In this document: positions 51,570 to 64,000 of the stretch, in pieces
Layout: every line of letters begins with the position of its first letter
How positions within the stretch are numbered: the stretch's first letter is position 1
Source: Octopus vulgaris
Taxonomy: Eukaryota
Direction: 5' to 3'
Assembly (NCBI GenBank): GCA_951406725.2
Contig: OX597821.1
Location: forward strand, 40,920,001 to 40,984,000
Length of the DNA: 64,000 nt
Program-made: the position numbers and the translations under genes
The notes under the pieces: model-generated
Told to the model about the DNA's origin: nothing
Seen by the model: the letters and a program-made list of their open reading frames with translations, nothing else
Database searches by the model: none

Positions 51570-51760
51570 TGGATCGTTAGCCCCTACACGCAATTTTTTT
51601 TTCTCTCCTTGTTTCTTTTCTGAGTATCTTTCCGTCGAAGAGCGTAGGCTCAAAACGTAAAAGACTTGTTTTATTTCTATTCCTGAGCACCATACTAATA
51701 CATTGTTTGTTTGTACTCCACCTGCCTTCGTCTTTTGTTTATTTTCGTAAACCTTCCCGA
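51570..51760 (+). mobile_element. Family E short element with degenerate hammerhead (51627-51664)
   Basis: tcttt CCGTCGA a gagc gtag gctc AAAA cg TA aaaga; reverse complement of the 39815 copy. Confidence 0.8.
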
Positions 51761-51788
51761 TATATATGTATCTATCTATCTATCTATC

Positions 51789-51825
<37 letters not shown>

Positions 51826-51990
51826 ATATATATAAGAGATAATAATGGTGTCATTGAGACCCAAAGGTGTTAGGTAATGCTGAATAGGTGCTATAGACAG
51901 ACCATAGTTAAGTTCCAGATTCGGTAATATTGTGAATAAAGGGTTCAACGTTGGTTCTATGTCAGCATGCGTATATAGGAATTTTTTGGG

Positions 51991-52084
51991 GTAATGGGAT
52001 AAATAACCAAGGCTGTATCAATACTAGATCATTTATAGATAGATGCTCTAATATCTATACAGCCTTGGTTTTTTATCTCATTAC
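51991..52084. repeat. ~46-bp-arm inverted repeat
   Basis: gtaatgggataaataaccaaggctgtat.. / ..atacagccttggttttttatctcattac. Confidence 0.9.
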
Positions 52085-52132
52085 GCAAAAATATTCATAT
52101 ACATATATACATATATATGAACACATACAGAT

Positions 52133-52612
<480 letters not shown>

Positions 52613-53045
52613 GTCTTCCATCGATGTCTATGTATTTGGTATGACATACAGATGGCGATTTTAATTCAATGCTGTTTCCCTTATGTATACTGAATTTTTG
52701 TACAACTCAGCAAGCTTCTGGATTGCTAGTGAATGCAGTATTCCTTATTTCCTCTATATTGAAGCATGAATCTCATTGAGGCAGGTGACAATCGAGTGCA
52801 GAGTATTGATAAAGCTCAGTAAAGGCAAAAAGGCATTTGTTGTTCTTGTGAGTGATTGCAATGATGTTGCTCATTTCACTCCAACATGTATAGTGTTTTT
52901 TTAACCCAACGAATCTATGGAAATATATTATTTCCGACAATTCCACTGCTTCATGACTTTTAATGGTATGTGTGTACGTAGTATGGTGCACAGATGGCGA
53001 TATATCAGTATCCATCCATCCATCTGTCGATCTATCTATCAAACC

Positions 53046-53125
<80 letters not shown>

Positions 53126-53138
53126 CATCAACATCATA

Positions 53139-53180
<42 letters not shown>

Positions 53181-53295
53181 TTGTACTTTATTTAGTTCTA
53201 GATAAATGTTTTATCATATGTTTAATTTTTTGCTACATGTTATGATTTAATTATATCATTGTTGAATTGCTACATGATGGTTCTTCTCTAATTTA

Positions 53296-53331
<36 letters not shown>

Positions 53332-53443
53332 TATACATACATACATACAGAAGCAGGCAGACAGATATATATATGCGTGTGTGTGTGTGTGTGTGTATAT
53401 ATATGTATATATACATACAGACAGGCCGACAGACAGACAAACA

Positions 53444-53485
<42 letters not shown>

Positions 53486-54053
53486 CATACAGCACATATA
53501 TATATATACTTATATATATGTAAATTTTATGATGTGTGTGTGTGTGTGTATGTATGTAAAATTCATGATGTTTGTGTGTGGTGTGGAGTAAGTGTCTATG
53601 TGAACCTATTGTGTGTGGTAGGATGCATCGTATATACTCATATATAAGTCACATCTCTTCTGTAGTTTTAATATTTTGGCATCAGTCATTGATGCTTACA
53701 TAAATCACAAGTTGCTATTTGTAAACACTCTTTGCATCTTTGCTGTTGCATGTGCATTTAAATGAATAAATAATCACTTAGCTGAAATGATGCCAATCAT
53801 GGGCAATAGAGTCTAGCAAAGTCCTGGCACCGTAGATATAGCAATGTGGTTTTATGGTCTACACACGGAACAAACAGATTAACTGGTGCTTTCAAATCAC
53901 CACTCCTTGTTGACTGACAATGTAGTATGGAGTAGCTAATGGGCATTAAGATTACAACAGGCCAACAGAGAATTGCATATATAGGTTTTGTTCATGTGGT
54001 ACACACACTCACACACAAACATACATACACACACACATAAATATATACATATA

Positions 54054-54456
54054 GGCGCAGGAGTGGCTGTGTGGTAAGTAGCTTGTTTACCAACCACATG
54101 GTTCTGGGTTCAGTCCCACTGCATGGCACCTTGGGCAAGTGTCTTCTACTATGGCCTCGGGCCGACCAAAGCCTTGTGAGTGGATTTGGTAGATGGAAAC
54201 TGAAAGAAGCCCGTCGTATATATGTATATATATATGTGTGTGTGTTTGTGTGTCTGTGTTTGTCCCCCTAGCATTGCTTGACAACTGATGCTGGTGTGTT
54301 TATGTCCCCGTTACTTAGCGGTTTGGCAAAAGAGACTGATAGAATAAGTACTAGGCTTACAAAGAATAAGTCCCGGGGTCGAGTTGCTCGATTAAAGGCA
54401 GTGCTCCAGCATGGCCGCAGTCAAATGACTGAAACAAGTAAAAAAGTAAAAGAGTA
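54054..54456 (+). mobile_element. SINE family A, full length
   Basis: Complete unit. Confidence 0.95.
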
Positions 54457-54767
54457 ATGTTAGCTATATATTTACGCATGTATATATCATATTAAATAAA
54501 ATATTGCAATACAAATGTATTGCTTTCCAGTAAAATAAAGCACCATACAAGTAGAAGCATAAATATATTGGTGCCTTCTTGTACTACTTCTGTATATTTA
54601 TACTTCTACCTTTACGGTGCTTTATTTTACTGGACAGTAATACATTTGTATTGCAATATTTTAGTTTTCATTGAAAACCTTTTCACTGTTCTTGGTCTGT
54701 TAGTGGCTAAGCATTCAGGTGAGTCTACTGGCATTCATGTAGCAACATTTGAAATATTATCCAGGTA

Positions 54768-54842
54768 AATCCAGCTGATGAAGACTAATCAATTTTACGT
54801 TGACAAATGTATTTGAAGAGTCCAAAACCTAGGTACTAGATT
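54768..54842 (+). ncRNA. Degenerate type-I hammerhead
   Basis: aatccag CTGATGA agact...agtcc AAAA cctagg TA ctagatt; GAAA changed to AAAA at a former CpG. Confidence 0.6.
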
Positions 54843-55036
54843 ATCTGATTCTGGGTTATCCATTTATCTAATGTTTTTCCTAGAGGTAAGACAAAATTTT
54901 TCATGCTTGTTGCACTCACACATCTTTGCCAGTATATACGCAGTGAAGCTTTACTATAGTGTCGTAAATGTACCGGCAGCTATTTCCAGTAAATAATGGT
55001 GCCTTGTTGTACCACTACTCTATATTTATATAATAT

Positions 55037-55089
<53 letters not shown>

Positions 55090-55169
55090 ATCATATTTAT
55101 CTTTTACTCTTTTATATAAATATATATATACATATATTAAACGATGATGATGATATATATATCTATATA

Positions 55170-55345
55170 TCATCATCATTATCATTTGCTATCTTTCTTC
55201 ATGCTGAGGTAGGTTGGATGGGTTGACAGAAGCTGTCAACCCAAAGGAATGCTCCACTGTCTGTTCTGGCATGACTTCTATGGATGGATGCCCTTCCTAA
55301 TATGAACCACTTTACAGAGTGAACTGGATGCTTTTTATGTGTCAC
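55170..55345 (-). mobile_element. RTE 3' UTR fragment, diverged
   Basis: ggatgcccttcctaa..aaccac..gctttttatgtg. Confidence 0.7.
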
Positions 55346-55734
55346 CAGGCCTGATATGTGTGTGTGCATGTATGTATGGGTGTGTGATTTTTATCTATCT
55401 ATCCATCCATCCATCCATCCATCCATCCATCCATCCATCTATCTATCTATCTATCCATCCATTCATCCATCGATCCGTCCGTCCGTCAGCACTGCATGTG
55501 TGAAGTGATTGAGATTAATGATTACATTGGACAGTTGGGAACAGCTGCCATTGCTTTTACACAATCCCACCTTGGACAGACAAAAACAATTATCCGTGGA
55601 AGTAATTTTAGTCATATCTCTATTTCATCAGCAACTGAGTAGCCCTCTCTCTCTATATATATATGTGTGTGTATGTGTGTACATACAAACATACACATAT
55701 ACATATATACATATGCATACACACATGCATACAT

Positions 55735-55843
55735 ACATACATAGATAACTACATACATACATACATACATACATACATACATACACACACATGCATGCAT
55801 ACATACATACATACATACATACATACATACATACATACATACA

Positions 55844-55872
<29 letters not shown>
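55735..55872. repeat. (TACA)n microsatellite
   Basis: Direct reading. Confidence 0.97.
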
Positions 55873-55874
<2 letters not shown>

Positions 55875-56723
55875 CCACAGTCAAACTGAATATAAGCAGA
55901 CAAGTCATTTAAAATTGCCCAGTGTCTTTACCTCATTTCATTTAATCAAGTTTGTTTTTTTCCTCAAGTTTAACAAGTCAGAAGTGACAAATTTTGAGTA
56001 CGTACTCAGTAAGGACAAATTACTCGGTACTTTACTTAGTGAAAAAGTTTATTTCTTTAGCAAATCCAAAATGTTGCTCAAAGGCATGCCTTATGTAGAA
56101 ACTAAAGTCTGAATCGTTCAGCACTTTCCAACCATTTCGTGGCTGAATGTTCAAGGTGACATTCTCTTTTTCACAATAATGACCAATCGATTTGAAAGTT
56201 CAGCATTTAGTTATAAACCAAGTTTGACGATCAGTTTGGAATTGTGTTTTTGTGACTTTTTTTGACTGTTAGAATCAATAGCACTAACATACAAGAGAAA
56301 GTTCACCTTTTAGAGTAAGGAACATTCCTGATAGTGAAATCATTTTGTGAGGAATATGAAACTATGAAACTATTTCTGTGAGACAACCTGCAGCTTATCA
56401 GTAATCTAATCCAGTTAAAGCACTTCGTTTGATGAAGACTTCCTTTGAAGAAGACTTCACAGGAACCCTGACAGAGGTTCAGACCGTGTCTTTGGGAAGC
56501 AACATAATTAAGCACACTCTAAGTTCAGAAATGCTGTTTATCATAAGTGCCAAAAGAAGGATCACATTGCCAAGTTTGTCTCTCAATGTTTCTAAATGGT
56601 TCAACAGACAATAAAAGTAAATCATTATTAAATTCAGTGCCACATTCATCACATATTTAACAATTCTTCAAATAAGTTCCAGGCAATGCTCCTACATTCA
56701 TTATGGACATCGGTAATACCAAA

Positions 56724-57116
56724 TCTCTCTGTATATAAAGCTGAAGTTGTCTGTGTATGGCAGGTTTGGTAGCCTTCAACTAACACTATCTCCTCCGAGA
56801 CCCTGTGATGCAAGTTGACCAAAATTGAGAGTATGATAGAAGAAGGCTTGTTCTTCCTTCTATAGAAGATAAAATTCAAATCAAACTATGTTAACACCAA
56901 AAATTATTTACATCAAAAAGGTGCTTTTTTTCTATGAAAATCCCTATTTTTATATGATTTTTTTACTGCTGTGTCCCCATTTTTCGGTGTATTTCAACCA
57001 TAAAAATGTTGACTTAAAGAGAATAACAAGCTACATAATGCAAAATTATTACTTTTCAAAAATTCCAATTCTAAAGGGTTGAAACAAACTTGAGCAATGC
57101 CGGGTAATACTGCTAG
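56724..57116 (+). mobile_element. Non-autonomous Helitron-like element (~390 bp)
   Basis: 5' TC (a|tctctctgtatataaag), 3' CTAG|t, decayed subterminal GC hairpin acttgagcaatgccgggt, A^T target, no TSD. Confidence 0.75.
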
Positions 57117-57374
57117 TCAATGATAAATTCACAGCAACAGAAATTTTACCCAAAGATTAAAATTATGCTGACAAACGTTTTGATACAGATATTTTTTTCT
57201 TTCACCAAATTCTAGGACAAAACTAGTTCCTTGAATGCTTCATGTCATTTGAAATGGAATATCAATATTGAGTTTCAAAGACTCAAACACTTCAAATGTG
57301 TCAATGTCTTTTGTTATGAAGGAATATTCCTTATTTGAGTAGATCCCTAATCTGAAATCAGAACGTCACTCAAA

Positions 57375-57690
57375 TGGGATGTATATTCCTTGGTTATGTC
57401 TCATGGTTCTGGGTGATCTGATAAAGCTAACCCTCTGGGCACTGTTGTCTTGAGCCCATGAACCAAAATGGCTGGTCACCTAGTTTCCCTGGCATATAAG
57501 TGACTGAGATCATAGCAGTTCTTTGAAAAGTACCCCAGTCTAACGCAGGATGAAACTCGTTTATAGGAGAGCCGATTGGGAAAAAAAAGTGGCATGTTAT
57601 GTTTTACTCAATGCACTGCCAGGTCTGAGAATCGAAACCATGATCTTGTGACTGTGAGTGCAACACCCTACCACTAGGCTATGTGTTGCC
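57375..57690 (-). mobile_element. Diverged tRNA-SINE (family D)
   Basis: Minus-strand head tagcctagtggtagggtg..atggtttcgattctc. Confidence 0.65.
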
Positions 57691-57831
57691 ACCTTTCGGC
57701 TTTCTGATTTATAATCATTTCGTTCAAGAAGACATTGACCCCTGTTGAATCATCAAAACAGGTAACTCTGATTAGTCACAGCCTCAAAAGAGTTGGGATT
57801 ATTATTCTGTGAATCTCAAACAACTTTTGTA

Positions 57832-58210
57832 CAGGTATGGCTGTGTGGTAAAAAGCTTGCTTCCCAACTACATGGTTCTGGGTTCAGTCCCACTGCATGG
57901 TATCTTAGGCAAGAATCTTCTACTATAACCTCAGGCTGACCAAAAGCTTGTGAGGGGATTTGGTAGACAGAGACTGAAAGAAGTTTGTCATATATATGGA
58001 CATATATATTGTTGTGTGTATCTTTGTGTGTTTGTCCCCACCACCATCACTTGATAATTGGTGTTGATGTGTTCATGTGCCCATAACTTAGCAGTTCGGC
58101 AAAGGAGATAAATCGAATAAGTGCCAAACTTACAAAGAATAAGTTCTGGGGTCAATTTCTTTGACTAAAAGGCAGTGCTCCAGTATGGCTGCAGTCAAAT
58201 GACTGAAACA
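57832..58210 (+). mobile_element. SINE family A, diverged
   Basis: Near-full unit. Confidence 0.9.
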
Positions 58211-58901
58211 GAATTACAGAATATTAAGTAAGATGTTTACCCTCAATATAGGTGTATTATCGAGAAACCCAAGAATATTCTAAGCTGAATAATTCCACAC
58301 GCTTCTTACAGATTAATATACAGAATATTGTCCAACAAATTTCATCAGTTGAGGAATCTAGTTCCATATGTATCAATATTTATACACCACTGAAATTGTC
58401 TAACTTCTTCGATAATGTTTCACTACTAATATCCCTATCTACCATCGATTTCATTTTTGGTCAATTGCCTGATGTGGCTGCTTATCAAAATGCTATAATT
58501 ATTCCTGCAATTAATAAGCCAGCACATGATTAATATTTACTGCAATTTCTACAAATGCTGGTCAAATGCAATATTAAAATTAATGTTTCCAAGTATTTGC
58601 ATTATATTGCCTATATTATATTGTCATTTCCAATGGAACCAAACCGGATCCCAATCAACTTTCAGCTGTAAGGAATTCTTCATCTTTTACTGAATTTGAC
58701 AGCTTACATTCTATGTTAGGTGCTAATACAGTACAGTTCAACATATATTCCAAATTCCACTGCAGCTAGCAACAGACTCGTTTTCCAAATTATAATCTGA
58801 AATGAAATCCAGGGGGCCAATTCACTTCAAGCTCAACTGAAATCCATTTCAACTGGTGTTCTTTACCATATTTATTCCCTGCAAAAGAAATTAATTTTAA
58901 T

Positions 58902-58957
58902 TACTCTTTTACTCTTTTACTCTTTTACTTGGGGGACAAACACAGACACAAACACAT

Positions 58958-58990
<33 letters not shown>

Positions 58991-59432
58991 CGACAGGCTT
59001 CTTTCAGTTTCCGTCTACCAAATCTTTTACTCTTTTACTCTTTTACTTGTTTCAGTCATTTGACTGCGGCCATGCTGGAGCACCGCCTTTAGTCGAGCAA
59101 ATCGACCCCGAGACTTATTCTTTGTAAGCTCAGTACTTATTCTATCGGTCTCTTTTGCCGAACTGCTAAGTGATGGGACGTAAACACACCAGCATCGGTT
59201 GTCAAGCAATGCTAGGGGGACAAACACAGACACACAAATGCACACACATACATATATATATATATACATATATACGACGGGCTTCTTTCAGTTTTCCGTC
59301 TACCAAATCCACTCACAAGGCATTGGTCGGCCTGGGGCTATAGCAGAAGACACTTGCCTAAGATGCCACGCAGCGGGACTGAACCCAGAACCATGTGGTT
59401 GGTTAGCAAGCTACTTACTACACAGCCACTCC
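58902..59432 (-). mobile_element. SINE family A (59023-59432) plus an adjacent internally deleted partial copy (58902-59022)
   Basis: Tail joined directly to gggggacaaacacagac at 58931. Confidence 0.9.
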
Positions 59433-59623
59433 AATGCTTTCTATCTTGCACTTGATGTATTTCTAGGAACATGCTGGTTATCTTGTGGAACGTTAGATGC
59501 TTGTCTCAAGCAAAATAAGATTATTCACAGACTGTCTTAGAACCTTTAGCCACTTGTTGGGCAGTTAAACTTTTATACAAGTATCTCTTCAATAGTTATT
59601 TCAATATTGTGATGTGTCATAAA

Positions 59624-59830
59624 GGCAGTAATCTGGCAGAACGGTTAGCATGCCAGACAAAATGCTCAGTGGCATTTCATCCATCTTTATGCTCTGAGTT
59701 CAAATTCTGTCAAGATCGATCTTGCCTGGTGGGGGGGTCAATAAAATATTAGCTGAACAGTGGAGTCAATGTAATTAGTTTGATCCCTCCCTAAAACTGC
59801 TGGCCTTGTGCCAAAATTTGAAACCAATAT
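59624..59830 (+). mobile_element. SINE family B'
   Basis: Head ggcagtaatctggcagaacggttagc, tail ggccttgtgccaaaatttgaaacc. Confidence 0.85.
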
Positions 59831-60730
59831 TGTGACAAGTGATAATGCAGTTCAATTCATCTATAGTCTTAATAAATTCCTTCTCAAATGGTTCTTCTGC
59901 AATGGCTCCAATGCTGGAGTTATTGATAATAATGGTTATTTCCACAACATTGAATGCCATAAAGCAAAAACATGCCAGATGTAGACTTTCTTTCTTGTTA
60001 GCCTGACATGAAGCTTCCAAATTCAACAAAAGATTGCTTGTTTAGTCAACCCCTGTCTCTCAGTAGGAGCAATTTTCTATTTGATACTTGATGTTACTGC
60101 AGAGACATCATTTGACACTTCAGGTAGCACTGGCAGAGATCATCCAAAACAAAAATATATTTCTATGCAAGAATACATTTAATTTAATTCTGATTATCGT
60201 GATTGCAATGAAGTTCCTTCTATTCTAAGGAAAGCTATTATATAAGATCTGCATTCATCTCACAATGACATCAAAAAGACAAACCCATTAACGTGCTTAT
60301 CTCTTTCATAGCCTCGACTTATTTCTGGTGTAATTCAATTTACCATAGTTTGTGTTCAGTTTGCTAAAAAAAAATTCCCAATCTTGCTTCGAAATGGACT
60401 CCTTGACTGGAATTCTTTGATGCTTGGTAACATGTGCATGTAGACTGCTGCTGTCTGTTTCTTGGTAAATATTTCAGATAAATCCTAATTGGTTCATTCC
60501 AAGAGTGACCAGAGGTAGTTTTGACAATTTCACTGGCACCTGATTTCATTGTTAAGGTCCTTCAATGAAAGCTTAGTTAAATAATATTTTTATGATCCTA
60601 GAAGCAGTCAATGGAACTCTTTTTACTGTTTCTTTCATTGTTAGTTCTTTAACTTCCCGTAAAATACAGAAAAGATTGCACCAGTAAACCAATTCTGAAA
60701 CCTATGAAATCACAGGAGTCATGTTAACCA

Positions 60731-60832
60731 CTGCAGCACCGGCAGCAGCAGTGGCAGCAGCGGAAGCGGTGGCAGCAGCAGCAAGAGTGGTGTTGGTGGT
60801 GGTGGTGGTGGCAGCAGAAATAGCAGTGGTAG
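60731..60832. repeat. (GCA/GGT)n trinucleotide tract
   Basis: Direct reading. Confidence 0.9.
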
Positions 60833-62204
60833 TTTAATCTCTCTTCAAGCATGATGCAATCTTATGAGGAGTCAATGAGATTTGTGTCTCTGACAGAACC
60901 CAGATCAATTGCTGGTTAATTACTCAAACAGTCTCTTTCATATTTCATTGAGGAAAATAGATTTACCTTTACCAAAAGAAGAATTACATTCTCTGTATTA
61001 CGTGCATTTATCTGAAACAACATAATTTTGCTTCTTCTGCTTATCTGATCAGTTAACACTTTAAATATATTTTATATTAATAAACTTGATAAATTACTTA
61101 ACACACCACTTGCATGTGTTGGCAAACACTCACACACACACATACACGCACACACACTTACACACACACATGCACACAACACATACACACATACATGTAT
61201 ATAATTTAAGTGAAAGCAATTTTAGATAACAGCTGTTTTAACCCAATAATTATTGTTAAATAGACTTTCCAATCTTAAATATGTTTAATATTTGAGGATA
61301 TTTTAAGGTGAAACTCCTTCAAATTAAGGTGAAACTCTTTTAAATTAAATCTTCTTTAGTATACACTTTGTTTAATGAAGCAACCTGTTATCAACTTAAT
61401 ATACGAGTTGTTTGTCATTCTGTAGTTCTCCATTATATTGTGATTCTAAATATTATCGGAATTTTCTAGAATATTTCCTTCCAATCCTCTAGCACTGCTA
61501 TGTCGAGGGCAATAAATTTTCAAGTCACATAATAGAGTTTCTCCAAGTGCTTGCATTCTGTAACTAAGAAACGCTCAGTGCTGTTGTTGTAATGAGTAAG
61601 CAGCTACCGGTAGCAATATATTTGTCATATATCATCTTTATAATTGTTTGTCAAGCTTGGTTAATAAAGAATAAAGATGAAAGGAATGCCAACCAGCAGA
61701 ATAAACATATTCTGTAATGGAATAAATCTCTATGGACATTAGATTTTGGTGGACATTGTTGTGCAAGAAGCCACTGAGCTAAAGTGGGATATATGATTTA
61801 ATAAAACCTGTGGAGCTTTCACGAATCCTTGATAAAAATTAAAGGCAAATAAATAAAGATTTCTCTGTAATGAAATATTCAATTTGGACCCCAGAATGGC
61901 TTTTGTGAAAAGAAAAAAATCCCTCTGAAATGGTTATGGATAATATATATTAATCTTTATCCCGTTTTGTGTCAGGAATTCAGATATTTCTTTCCAAAAG
62001 ATCAATAATGTCTGGCAGAAGGTTTTTATCTTTTCTAGTTTTTCTTTCTTTTCTTCTTTTTCCTTACTATAGATGGAAATGTTCTCGTATTTTTTATATT
62101 CCGGTAAATACAGGAATTCTATATGACCTGCAAGGAACACCAACTGAATTTCGTTTATGAGTAAATAATAACAAATGTTGTATGTATAGAAGATTACCCT
62201 CCCA

Positions 62205-62239
62205 AGTACATACATGCATGCATACATACATACATTCAT

Positions 62240-62284
<45 letters not shown>

Positions 62285-62462
62285 CTTATATATATATATA
62301 TATATATATATAAGTATATATATGTATGTATACATTTATATATAGGTATATGTATATATGTGAGTGTGTGTGTGTATATATATACATATATATATATATA
62401 TGCATACATATATACACATATCTATATGCATACATATACATATATATATGTGTGTGTGTATG

Positions 62463-62500
<38 letters not shown>

Positions 62501-62542
62501 AAGACGTATATACTGCATGTTTGTGTGCATGTGTGTGTGTGC

Positions 62543-62587
<45 letters not shown>

Positions 62588-62602
62588 TGTGCATGTGTGT
62601 GT
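62205..62602. repeat. Compound (CA)/(TA)/(TG) microsatellite
   Basis: Direct reading. Confidence 0.95.
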
Positions 62603-63432
62603 GAAAGAAAAAGCAAGAGAAACAAGGTCTATCTGGTAGCAGCAGCAACTCACAACCTGCCTAAATCAAAACACGAAGCTAATGCTTTACTGAAAAACCA
62701 TTGAAAATTTACTCCGACACTCCAAAACCCTTCAAAACAGTTGACCGACATTCAAATACTTCGCCCTATGAACCACCTCTCTCTACCTGTCATCTCACCT
62801 ATTCCCACAATTCTCTTCTACCTGCAAAATAACAGAATCAGAAATACATCATCTTTATCCTTGTAATGTCATCAGGTACCAGAAAAAGTGAACACTTAGA
62901 AATTACTTAACTTTTTTTCTTCTTTTTGCTGCCATCTCTTCTCAACTTCTTTATATTTTGTTTATGGCAGCGACTTGATATGTATTTATTTACCCCATTA
63001 TAGGGTTTCCCATTTAAGCTTACACTCCCAGTACGTTTCATTATGTACCCCTATATTTATATAGGTGTATGTATACTTTAGTTAGTTCACCCTTCAACCT
63101 ACAGCCACCATTTTCTTTCTACTTTCTCAAACACCATTTCTCATATTCATCATTTTTCTCTGTCACTTACCTTCTGTTTTCTTCTTTCTTCATATCCTTT
63201 TTGTATTTATATGCACATGTAAACATTACATGTTTCTATGAGTGTGAGAGAGTGTGTGTATATATATATATAAACGCTACACCAAGAGCAAACACTGAAT
63301 CAGATCTACCTATCTACATGCCTGCAATACACTACCAACTCATAATATCTCATGGTTGTTCTACCTCACTTTGGACCCTATGTTGTGGTACCTAGCCAAT
63401 TCTGATGTCTTGCATGTTGATCTGCCTAGATT

Positions 63433-64000
63433 CTTGCTAACTACATGGTTCTGGGTTCAGTCCGGCTGTGTGGCACCTAGGGCAAGTGTCTTCTACTATA
63501 GCCTCGGGCCAACCAAAGCCTTGTGAATGGATTTGGTAGACGGAAACTGAAAGAAACCCATTGTATATATATATGTATGTATACAATGGGTTTCTTTCAG
63601 TTTCTGTCTAAAAGGCGGCGAGCTGGCAGAAACGTTAGCACGCCGGGCAAAATGCGTAACCGTATTTCGTCTGCCGTTACGTTCTAGGTTCAAATTCCGC
63701 TGAGGTCGACTTTGCCTTTCATCCTTTCGGGGTCGATAGATTAAGTACCAGTTATGCACTGGGGTCGATGTAATCGATTTAATCCATTTGTGTGTCCTTG
63801 TTTGTCCCCTCTGTGTTTAGGCCTTTGTGGGTAGTAAAGAAATATATATATATGTATGTATGTATATAGTGCTTGCGTGTGTGTGTGTGTGTGTGTGTCT
63901 GTGTGTGTCTCTGTGTGTCTGTGTGTGTGTGTTTGTTTGTGTCTGTGTTTGCCCCACCATCACTACTGATGCTGCTGTGTTTACGTCCCCACAACTTAGC
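63433..64000 (+). mobile_element. SINE family A interrupted by a fold-back and a SINE B; runs off the window end
   Basis: 5' half 63433-63567, inverted copy 63580-63610, 3' half from about 63930. Confidence 0.85.
63614..63844 (+). mobile_element. SINE family B, full length
   Basis: ggcggcgagctggcagaaacgttagc to gtagtaaagaaata. Confidence 0.95.

Noticed and set aside
55880-60700. Possible very old minus-strand LINE under the SINE and Helitron inserts
   Set aside because: Only faint hints (NINFNIAFD, EEPFEKEFIKTIDEL); cannot be supported without a profile search

Overview
AT-rich eukaryotic (animal) DNA with no recognisable host protein-coding gene, rRNA, tRNA gene or CRISPR. The repeat content (two very abundant tRNA-derived SINE families, RTE/CR1/R4 LINE remnants, mariners and very dense (TA)n/(TG)n/(TACA)n/(GATA)n microsatellites) looks like intronic or intergenic DNA of an octopus or related cephalopod; this is inferred from repeat recognition, not from a database search. 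Almost all ORFs in the supplied track are microsatellite or SINE artefacts; the real protein-like ones are decayed transposon genes (three mariners, RTE reverse transcriptase, CR1, R4/Dong and Penelope fragments). The most notable signal is a set of minimal type-I hammerhead-ribozyme folds of several unrelated sequence types (25954, 37528, 39905, 44753, 46305, 51627, 54768), many fold-back insertions (one with a 12-bp TSD) and Penelope protein remnants, which together suggest ribozyme-bearing Penelope-type/retrozyme-like elements. Other highlights: a PHD-type zinc finger inside the RTE reverse-transcriptase ORF, a SINE sharing a structurally conserved 3' hairpin with a CR1 LINE, a non-autonomous Helitron, several nested insertions and one candidate 33-nt micro-exon. 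Boundaries were read by eye and may be off by a few bases, more for degenerate copies.
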